From Proteromonas lacertae (taxonomy: Eukaryota), in the NCBI GenBank assembly GCA_002245135.1, contig NGBS01000897.1, positions 1-64,000 of the forward strand: a stretch of 64,000 nucleotides of DNA, in the 5' to 3' direction. Made by a program: the position numbers and the translations under genes. Position 1 is the first letter of the stretch, and each line of letters begins with the position of its first letter. Positions 23,650 to 34,603 of this stretch are shown piece after piece. The notes under the pieces are model-generated. The model was not told the origin of the DNA. It saw only the letters and a list, made by a program, of their open reading frames with translations, and did no database searches.

Positions 23650-24402
23650 TTACATTTTAAAAGATATAAATTTGAAAAGTTTGATATATGCTTGACATCA
23701 TATTTATATTTTTCTTTAATGCTTAATTACATAATAGACTAAAATATATTATATCTCTTTATTATAGTATATTCAATTTTTCTATATTTTTTCCCTGGTA
23801 ATATACGCTCATTGCGCTTAGATTTCAAGATACTTGATATTTACGCTTGATATAAGACCTAAACACAAAACAATCACATCTACATTTTAATAATATTCTT
23901 ATATTACAATAATCTAAACATATACTTTTAAAATTACAAAAAAAGAAAAGAGCTTGAGCAAAAATTTGAAAATTGAAAAAATAATTCAAAGAGTATAATT
24001 CTTAATTCCTGTATAACTGATACATTTTTTCTATGCATCATCTAATGAAATTAATATTATATTTAATATATAAGTCAATTTTACTATTTAATAATAGTGT
24101 TTTCTTTTCATATTATGACAGTTTTTATATGTCATAAAAAGTAGTTTATATAGCAAACTAACAATATATAAACGTAAAACAAAGGACATATATTACGATT
24201 ATAATGCAACTTTTTCATAAAAGTTTATAACTCCTTTATCGCGCAGATTTCTTTATCGCGCGCGACATTACTCACATAACATTTATACGATCTATTTTAT
24301 AGGCTAAGAATCAGAAAAACTTTGGACTATAATCATAAAAACGTTTACTTAGAAAGAATTAATGCTATGAACACAGCAATATGAGCTTCTAATACCTTCA
24401 GC

Positions 24403-24456
24403 GGCTCAATGGCGCAGAAATATATTTTCATGTTGGGTACAACTCCCCGTTGAGCG
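24403..24456 (+). pseudogene. tRNA-like relic (internally deleted)
   Basis: GCTCAA/TTGAGC acceptor-type stem, A-box-like TGGCGCAG, T-arm-like GGG-TACAACT-CCC; D-arm 3' half and anticodon arm missing. Confidence 0.45.
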
Positions 24457-25631
24457 ATTAGAGACTTTAGAAACAAACTAACTACATAATCATATTAACA
24501 TAATAAGTTATGAAGGGATATAATGTTACATTGTCATATAAACTGCTTTTGTGAGTAAAGAAATAGTGTCATAATAGTGAGAAAAATTACATAAATGTGT
24601 ATTAGAATATATTTGTATTTCAAATTTTATATTTTTAATTTACTATAATGCGTATATAAAAAGTGACAAAATTTAAGGATTATACCCCTTCTAACGTCAG
24701 TGTTTTCACACAAACTTTCTCAAACTACATTCATTTCATTTTTTTGATTTTAAAACTATTAAAATAGTTTAAATAATTGTAATTTAAATAATAAGTATAA
24801 ATGGATTTTTATCATACACAATTTGCTGTTTTTATATCACCATTATAGATATAGAGAAAAAATGTGTAATTGTGGAAATATATGTATAGAAAAAGTGCTT
24901 TCTTATTTACTATAATATATATAATGAGTGTATAATGAGTATATAAAAATATTTATTTATTTAATATAACAGTAGAAATTCTATATAATCTTACAATGAT
25001 ATACTTATGTCTGATAGAAATGATGAAAGAATATAATATCTGATAATCTTATATTTATGGAAAGTTGCGAATTGAACGGCCTTTCAAATTTTGAGCGCCC
25101 TTTAATTAGGGCTTTTATTTCTTTGTTTTATATTTCTTTCGTTTTTAAACCTCTTAACTACATCATATCATTGCTGCTTATATCAATATTGTATTTATTT
25201 CATCACTTTATTTTAATTCTAGCACCACTGTGTCTTTGTATATTAATCATAAAACCACATAATAATATTTCTAATTTATCTATTGAATAAGGAGCTTAAA
25301 AAATCAAAAATTTAAAATCATACAAACTTGAGGTTTGATTTTGAAAATGTTTTGTTTATTTTTTCATTAAATAAACATATTATTACGAAAATAATTGGAG
25401 TTCCTAAATGCAGATATTTTGCATTTTTGTTTGGATCTCAATTTTAAAACTAATGTTAAAATGAATTAATCATAAGTTGACGAAATTCACAGATAGTTTC
25501 AGAAACTCTTAATTACTTATCTATATCTAGAAGAAATTTAATATAAAGGCTGTAACACCACTAGAAATAGGGTGTTAAACATATATACATTTTAATACAA
25601 TAGTATACTTCCTAAATATAATTTACATAAT

Positions 25632-26452
25632 ATGGTAATTTTGACATGTCACAATATTAAAATGTCAAAACTCCCTAAATATTTCGTTTATATTCCAATA
25701 ATTTCTGGAATTATATGTACTGTTACTATAATAACTTGTTACATAATAAGTAGATCTCTTCATCATTATCCTGAGTGGATGTGGTTACCAGTAATATCTT
25801 TGATGGGTTTTACAATGCCAGAAAGAGTAATTTATGCTATTGGATTTACTAGTGCTGGTTTGGGCTATTTAGTAATAGCTTATCAGTATATTCCTGGAAT
25901 GAGAAGATTATATATGTATAATGTAAATTAGATAATATGTATAGGACTAATGTATTGGGAAGAACCTATGCTGTGTATGTCGCAAGCATATTAACTTACA
26001 TTTGTGTAATTGGTTTGATAATTCAAGCTTGCATACCTTTACAACATGATATATTAGATGATAATTGTAAAATTACCTTCCAAAGCCTTATACATCAATC
26101 TTCAGCAGGAATTTTATTTTTTTGTGCTTTAATTCATGGAATAATTACAATATATTTGTTTTTAACTCAAACATATTATAAATGTAAATTATCTGTGATA
26201 TTGAAAATAATTCCTACCACAGTAATAGGATTTTGTATAATTGGTTCAATGTTATTACATCCAACCGTAACGAATCAGAAAACTGCAAGTATTTTAGGTG
26301 CTGTATTACAATGGTCACTTGTATTTTCAATGATCGTTCTATTTGGATCTTATTCAGTTGATTTTAATTATTTATGTAATGACTATGTGGAAGTGGATGA
26401 ACAGAGGAATATCAACCCTGATGAAGAACATAAATCATTATTATCTAAATAG
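25632..26452 (+). CDS. Frag1/DRAM/Sfk1 (TMEM150-like) multi-pass membrane protein, one short intron near 25917-25944
   Basis: WLPVISLMG...PERVIY, IHQSSAGILF, LQWSLV..IVLFGSY..DF; about six TM segments. Start may be 25662. Confidence 0.8.
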
Positions 26453-26514
26453 AATTATTATTGTATGTTACTTTTTAAAATTTCTGTTAGAAATGTATTA
26501 AAATTAACAGTTAT

Positions 26515-28594
26515 TTAATAATATAATTTATCTTCCAACATCTTCTTCATATTAATCAGTTGAGAAGGGTTTAAATAGAAGTCAATGAATATATTTCTAT
26601 ATTTTCTCAACAATTCATTTTGATTCAAAACCTTCAATAACACATTTCTTCCATTTTCTGGATCATTCATAATTCCATTCAATTCATTGGTCAATATTTC
26701 AGATTTATTCTCCAATTCTTTTAATCTAATTCCAACGTAATGTGGTAAAGGATGATAGTTTTCTTCAATGTAATTGGATAATTGTTCATATAACATTTTA
26801 TTATCATTATTTAATACGTTTATATTATTTACAACTTGATCAAATTTTGAATTTTTCTTTTTTAAATATTCTTCATCTAATTTCAACTTTCTATTTGTCA
26901 TTTGATAGATTTTATCCCAACTGATACATTCATTTATAATCATTAAATTATTGCTGATATTGTCTATGTTTTTATTGATTATATTATATAATGATAAATA
27001 AATAATATCATTATTATCAATTGTATTTCTTTCATCTTCATTATACTATTCAATTAATAAAATATATAATTATTAAAAATATACTCGTTTTATTTCTTTC
27101 AAATTATTATAAACATTTTCTCTCTTTTTACAATCACTTCGTAAGTTGTCTGTATATTTAATTAATCCATTTATTAATTCAATTAAATATTTAATATTAT
27201 TATATTCTAATGTAATTTCACTCAATATAAATAAATGATGTATTCGTTGGTTTTGTAATAATTGAATTATTTTCTTTTGTTCTGAAATTACATTCATTTC
27301 TCTTTTCTCTTTTTCTTCATAATCTCCTAGTAAGATTGAACTACTTTCTATTAGACTGATTTCACTACATAACCTAAATACAGAATAATACAAAAATACA
27401 AAAATACAAAAATACAAAAATACAAAAATACAGAAATACAGAAATACTAAAAAATACAAAAGAATATCTATATATCTATATATACTGTTTAATTGCATTT
27501 ACTTTCAATTCAATATCATCATTCACTTTAAAATTATTAAATTTATCTAATGTATAATAATTCAAATTGCTATTGTAAGTCTGTAATAATTGATATTCTT
27601 TAATTGTTAATTCATTTTCTATTATTACTTTGACATTATTCATTTCACTGTTATATTTGACTTTTTGTAATCTTTCAATCTCATGTCTTACTTCATCATA
27701 TTCATTTTGTGACATTCCTCTAATTAACTCAAATTCTAATAATTAAATAGATAAAAAGCTAAAGATTTTATATAATTATACTTTCATTTAATTCATTCAT
27801 ATTAAATATTGAAGGTGATGGGAAATTTCCATTTCTTTCATTCACTTTGTTGAAATATTTATCTATATAATTACTTAATTCTGTTTTATAATGCTGATCA
27901 GCTTCACGATATAATTCACAACCAATCTAATAATAATTAAAATAGAAATTATTTCTATTTATTATTATACTTGACAGAATAATGGACCATTGTCATTTAT
28001 TATATCATTTATTATTTCATTACCATTTAATTTTATTTTACTCATTGATTTCTTTACTTCTTCTACTTTTCGAATTGAATTTAGGTTTGATTCTGAAGTT
28101 TGATGGTTTAAATTTGGTATTAGTTTTTGAGTAATAGTAAACTCTCTTTTCTTTATATTATCTACATCTTTTTCTAATTGTTGCTTTTGATTTGTACATT
28201 CGTCACATTGTTCTTCTAATAAGGCTATTTCACTTTCTATTTCATCAATCTATTCAATTATAACAAAATTTCAATACTTCTTGTTTTATTTCTTCTGTTC
28301 CATCCTCATTGTGTAGCAAAGATTCTGTCTCCTATCTCAAAATTATATATAAACATATACGAAATCTTCTTGAAGTGTCAATCCTTTTGTTTCTAATGAT
28401 TTATAATATTTTATATCATTTTCTGTAAAATTTATAGGTATTGAATTGTCTTTTGAGATTGAAGAGTTGATCCAGTCAAAAATACTACTGATTCTAGGAT
28501 TTATAGATATTAACCATGATATATCTCCTAATTTCTTTGAAAAACCTAGGTTTTGAAGGACCTGTATGAATTGGGCATTTGCATCCTCATTCAT
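26515..28594 (-). CDS. HAUS augmin-like complex subunit 3-like coiled-coil protein, multi-exon
   Basis: N-terminus FIQVLQNLGF...DISWL....IFDWINSSISKDN..YKSLETKG and later EIERLQ resemble HAUS3; exons joined by short GT-AG introns. Confidence 0.5.
27376..27460. repeat. 8-bp tandem repeat (AAAATACA/GAAATACA) inside an intron
   Basis: About ten visible copies; expands a minus-strand intron (~27374-27486) well beyond the usual ~30 nt. Confidence 0.85.
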
Positions 28595-28668
28595 TTTTAA
28601 ATTTCAAATTTTAAGAGTCAAGCCAAATCTTTTCAATAAATCATTTTTGCAGTTTTACATTGACAGAG

Positions 28669-30088
28669 ATGTCTTTGCTATTAACAAACGATGACATTAC
28701 ATTATTGATGAGTCAATTAAAAGTATAATGATATATTTATATTCTATAATTGAATAGTCTGAGAATACGCTAGAACCAATAGTACAAGAAGTAAGACGAA
28801 TTTTCAATAAAACAGAACTTTTTAAAATAGGATGCTTTCTATGCATATCAATTAGAGATAATCTTCTAAGTCTTAATGAAGTATACAGACAAAATATAAC
28901 ATATAAATAGAAAATGGTAGCAATATATCTAATAATAGAATTATTTGGAAGTGAAAAAATAAATCAAAATCCTTTTTTTGGCTATCTTCTAGAAGAATTA
29001 GGTAAAAATACAGAAAATTCAATAGAATCACAATATATAGCAACTCTATTAACTAACAGTCATATGTCTCAAGCAGTATATATATTTAATAAATAACACT
29101 AAAATAGTTTGGCAAAATGAATATAAAACAAATTCCTCAATATTTACAAAACGAACGTATTACATATGATATAAAGAGTTTAAATGATTTATATAAAGAA
29201 CAAATCTCAACTATTCCTATGTTATATGATATAGGTATCACCCCAGTTATAATTTGTCCAAAATGGCTTGAAAACTCGTCATCTTCTTTACCATCAGCAT
29301 CTCCTACTAACACAAGTGAAATTGAGAAATTAATACATAACCAAAACAACAACAACAATAACAATAATAACAATAATAAAATCTTCAATTTGAAAAGTTT
29401 CAAACCTGAGTTTGTCATAACAAACATTCCATTAATGGAATGTTCTAAAGAAGAATTGAAATGGTTACCGTTAAACGAAAGTCCTGGTTTACAATTATGT
29501 TTTAATCCTGGAAATAATACTGTTACACCTAAAGAAGAAAAAGAGATTTGGGATTTATTAGAATCTGCATATCAACAACCACTTAGTAAAGAAAAACAAG
29601 ATCAATTACTAGATGCTATAAATGAGAATGCCAATATAATTACAATATGTAGTAATAATACAAACAGTAAAAGAATAAGTGAATTAGTAGACAATAACCC
29701 AGAAATTGCGTCATCCATAATGTTACATTTAGTCCAAAGTAATTGTTATACTGAATATTTAAATGCTTTAATTGATATGGAAGTGTCTTTCAAGTCTATG
29801 CAAGTGATGAGTACTTTAGTTGCTAATGTTGAACTTCCTTCAGAGTATATTGATATGTTTACATCACATTGCATTGCATCTTGTACAAGTATTGATGATA
29901 AAGGTAAACAGACTAGATTGGTAAGACTAGTGTCGGTATTTTTGCAGAATTTGATTATAGCAAACCATTTTAAGAATGAACAGATTTTGTTGGAATTACA
30001 GTCCTTTTGTATTAATTTTAGTAAGATAAAAGAAGCTGTAGCTCTGTTTAAAATAGTTAAAGAGAAAATGCCAAAGCCAGAAAAATAA
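28669..30088 (+). CDS. CNOT11: CCR4-NOT complex subunit 11, multi-exon
   Basis: NPFFGYL; C-terminal LVDNNPEIA, SMQVM, QTRLVRLVSVFLQNLI, ELQSFCINFSKIKEAVALFK (DUF2363). Confidence 0.92.
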
Positions 30089-30244
30089 ATCCACTGAATA
30101 TATTATGTTTCTTCTATTATTATTATTATTATTAAAAATACTATGATTTATATCTAAAAGATAGTTTTTTTCTAATTGTGTTTTTAAAAATAATAGTAGG
30201 TGCGAAAATTGTGAATCTGGTGAATCGAAATTTTTATTTGCATT

Positions 30245-31533
30245 ATGAATAAAAAAGTAATAATAGGAATAGCTGTAGCTGGATCTCTTGGCTTAGGATA
30301 TTATTTATATGTATTTTTAATTGTTTAACACCAAAATAGAGTCGTTACAAACCAAAGAAGATTGAAGATATTAAGAAAAAGGAAGAACAGAAAGATGAAA
30401 CGAAAATTATATCGCTTGAATCATTGTGTCAAATGTACAGAGTAGTTGTAATGCAAATGGAACGTATCTTTGTATATTTATATAATGCACTGAGTGTTAT
30501 AATTATAAAATGATAGAAAACATATTTTGAGAGAAAGAAGGAATTATTGAACAACACACCAACAGGTACAACAATAGAAGATATTCATCAAGCTTTATTA
30601 ATGCGTTTCCAGGAGAGTCTTCAAGCTGTAGAAGCTAAAGTATATGAAATGTTCCAAGTAGATCACGAATTAGTACATCGTTCAATCGAATTCTACCAAA
30701 ATAACTCCGATTTTCTGTTACTAATAAAACCATTAACAGTATGGCAAAATATGTTAATTGACCAACCATTACCATTTGAAAAATTAAGTGAAAATGCAAC
30801 AAAAGAGAATGTAGATAAGATATTAACAGAAATGGAAGAAAATGTAGAAAATTTAACTGACAAAGCAATAACTGAGATGTGTAAGTGTCACGCAGTAGAG
30901 CGAAGTAAAATATTTAGTGGTTTAAAAAATGGTGGAAAATATTTAGAGGAATTTCAAAAAAGAAGAGAGAATTTAATGTCCAATTTCAAATTAGATGTTT
31001 TAATAAAATACAATTTAAATGAAGATGAATTCCGTAATGCAATGGAACAATATAGTTATGATGAAGAATTTAGTGTTCGAATTCACCAATTTAGTGACAA
31101 GATGACTGAAAATTTACAAAATTACATTCTATTAGGAAGTGTAGAAGATGTAATAGTACCTGATTGGTTGAATAATGAAAAGATATTAGAAATATATAAA
31201 AAGATCGGAAGTTTAGCAGGAGAATGGTGTGAAAAAGCAGTAATAGAATTATGTGATTATTATAAAATCAGTAAAAGTAATTTGGGAGAATTATTCCAAA
31301 GTGAAAAAGGTCAAGAAGCTTTATCTAAGTTCACTGAAATCTATAAGAAGATTAATGAAGAAGAAAGAAAAAAGATTTACGAAGAATTTAAGGTAGAAAA
31401 TGAAATATTTGAAGCTGCCACATTCCGTGCCAGACTTGGTAAAGATCGAAATGAAGAGTTTATAAAGGAATATGAAAGTATTCAGAGTGGAATTGAGAAG
31501 AGCATAAATGCTGTTTTAACTCCAGAGAATTGA
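30245..31533 (+). CDS. Unknown helical protein with N-terminal signal anchor, two short introns
   Basis: MNKKVIIGIAVAGSLGLGYYLY exon, GT-AG introns, then 328 aa open frame with an internal repeat-like helical organisation. Confidence 0.65.
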
Positions 31534-34500
31534 TAATGTTATTATTAATACTAAAGATATATGTATTATGATATTTGTTTTTGAATAAATGATGTGTTTG
31601 AATAAATACTAAATATATTACGAGTAATTTGGTTAATATACTAACTTATGTTTAAAAAGATATATTATTGTATATTATTACATAATACTCATATAAAGTA
31701 ATGATAATGACATATAATACATTCTTTTAAAGTATATTTTATGTCTTTAAATTTTTTATTTTTATAATTATAAAAATTATAACACATAAGTAAATGTAGA
31801 CAGTTTAAATAATCAATAATGATATTAGAATAAATAGAGGGAATAAGAGTGGGATCTGACAGTATCATTATTCTGACTGTAATTCAAGTCGCATTTCTAA
31901 TCAGTATGTATTTTTGATTATTAAATCAAGCAATATTCATATTTTCATTTTCGTAGTTTAATTTATAAGGATATTAATTGGTTGAAATAGGTTTGGTTGA
32001 TCAAACATATTTTTTCTCAAAACCTATTTTATAGGTATTCTTGCTTTATATAATCAATAGAGAGAAATCCTTGTTATTGGTGTTTTTATTATAATTATGT
32101 AGTGTCTAAAAGAAGTTAGTTGTGTGATTATTAGAAATGAAAAGAGGTCAGAAGAAGTATTTCAGTTTTATGAACTTATTACTGACAATTTTTACTCAAT
32201 TTTGGCTATACTTGTATCAAATAAAACATTATATTATTTGACTGTTGGATTATTTCTAGGATTTCACTGTTTATTATTCATTCTAGTAATTTTTCGAATT
32301 TAATTAAAGTTGGAAAAGTGACATTCAAATGTGGATAATTATAATCATCCACTAATTAGGATTAAAAGCGGCTTTCAACAAAGTATAAAGAAATAGTTTA
32401 AGATAAGTATATAATATCAAGATAAGGATGTCATGTTGATTATAATGGATGAATTTCATTTATATAAGTATAATACTATCCTGGGCGATGGAATATTTGT
32501 ACAGACATCTCCTTCTCTCCTCTCGTTCTTCTAGTCGCATTTGCAATTATGTAATGTAGGAATAAAGAAACTTACAAATTTATATACAATAATTTGAACA
32601 AATATAGTGGAATCTGTAAATAAGGACAATAAGAGATTGATAAATAAAAAGAAATCAAGAAGTAATAAATAGTAAGTTTACTATTATGCAGAAAGAAAAA
32701 AAATGAGCAACTTGAACGATAGAAATACTGAAGAAGCGGTTGGAAGTAAAAATTATGAATGAATTATTGAATAAAATGTTGAAAGTTCAAGTTGATTATA
32801 CAGAATAAAATATATAAATAGTGAGAAAATTACATGACGATAATTGAAGAAAGAATTATTAATATACAATAATAGAGTGCATTAATTAAAAATGACTGTA
32901 TAGGATGACTTTAAAATAGAACTAACTTAAATTTAAATTTATAATCAACTAATAATGGTTTTTATCCAATATGAGTAAATGAAATATGCAATAGTCTCAT
33001 ATTTAATTAATTAGTAAATAGAAGCAGATAACTAAAATAAGCTATATAAAATAAATAGTTATAAATAGTTTAATAAAAATTTCATTTATGAATTATAAAA
33101 TATATAAACATTAGCTATTTAGGTGGATTTAATTGTATTTAGTATCTATGTATATCAAATGGTAAATTGTTCATGATTAATTCTAATATTTATAGTAAAG
33201 TAATTTAAAAACACTATATAATAAGAAAAATCAAGAAAAACATTTCAAAAGTTTGATAGAAAACTCGAGACAGAAATGACGTCAGAAGGGGTAAAATTCT
33301 TAAATCCTGAATAACAGATAATTTTCATTTTGAGTGTATATATAAAAAATATTATTATATTCATAATCTACATGAATTTTGTAGTCTATCTAGAAAGGTT
33401 TCATGTCATATTAAGACATTTCTTTGTTACCTAAAAATGTTATTTATATGGGTCGAAACCTATATATTCTAAAATAACTAAATCCGAACATCATGAATAT
33501 CATATTAGTTTTGATTGAATTTATCTGCAATATAGATTTCCGTCATAAGGGAATTTCCGCCATACGGGGAACTTCTCTACGGCGCAAAAGGCTTAATACA
33601 AGTTATAGTATTTATAATCATAAAATAGAACATGAAACATACACGTAACTCACACAAATAAGTGAAAAGTAAAAAATGTCTCATATGGAGTGCATATATA
33701 TCTTATCGCGACTATTGTCTAAAAGCCATTCTAATATCTTATATTTCTAATATAAGATTATTATAGGATAATATATATAAAAATATTAAAATTGTAAACT
33801 GAAATCAAGTTAAAACAAGATTCGACTCAAATCTTTTTCCAGTTTTTCTCTTATACTCTTCTTCTTCTGTTAAATTTAAATAATCGCAGACTTTTTTGTA
33901 AGTAATTGTTTTTTTTTGTAGTTCATTAGTTCAGTCTTGATATATTTGCAGGTGTTGATGGATTGAATCGTTATACTTCTTTAAAGATTTGTTTTAGGAG
34001 AGGATTTTGATATCTTTTTTATATTTAATTTGTTGAGGATTGAAGTCCTTTCTAATACCTCTTTAATTATATCTGACTTTGGTTTTGGAGGAAGCTAAGG
34101 TGGATGATCTTCAAAATCATCATTTTAAAAGAAATTTTGATGAATTCTCATCTAAATCGATGAAGTATCTAGCGAAATGTGATATATGGGGTTTATACTC
34201 ATCATCTTTCAATATTTCCTCTTCAAATCTAGGAGATGTAGATTTTTTTCACCTTAAATAGGATGATGAATTTTAATATTTAGGATGTTGATTTCCTCTT
34301 GTTGATGTTCCTCCATATCCTCTTTTGCATTTTCTTTCCAAATCTATTAATAATATTATGAAATTCTAAACTTGTGTATAATCCTCTCTTCACAGAATCC
34401 TCCTTGAGCCATTTTTCTCGTGGGTAGAATGGCTTACTTCCCAAAAATTTTTGGGAATTAGTCTATTATAAAGTTCTATAAAATAAAGTTCTATAATGTA

Positions 34501-34603
34501 AATAGTAATTAGTCTATTATAACTGTCTTAATCTAACATTTAATTAATTTGGCTTGATTAAGCTTGATTCCTTATTTTCATTTCTTTGTTTTTGTAGTTA
34601 AGA

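Larger units (their letters stand above)
19653..24267 (-). mobile_element. Ginger2/Tdd-like DNA transposon with retroviral-type integrase, 4615 bp
   Basis: TGT...ACA termini; 48-bp TIRs (19653-19700 / 24220-24267, 2 mismatches); 5-bp TSD TTACT at 19648-19652 and 24268-24272; no LTRs or RT seen. Confidence 0.93.

Noticed and set aside
19653..24267. LTR retrotransposon or Polinton/Maverick
   Set aside because: Ends are inverted, not direct, repeats; no RT/gag, PolB, ATPase or capsid; only 4.6 kb.
25057..25290. 77-aa hydrophobic ORF
   Set aside because: No recognisable motif; composition expected from AT-rich noncoding or antisense DNA.
27373..27498. Hydrophobic repeat YFCIFVFL as protein, or a CRISPR-like array
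   Set aside because: It is an 8-bp intronic tandem repeat read through by the ORF finder; no spacers.
31800..34430. Possible genes in the gene-poor stretch
   Set aside because: Only fragmentary protein-like frames with many stops; no family could be assigned.
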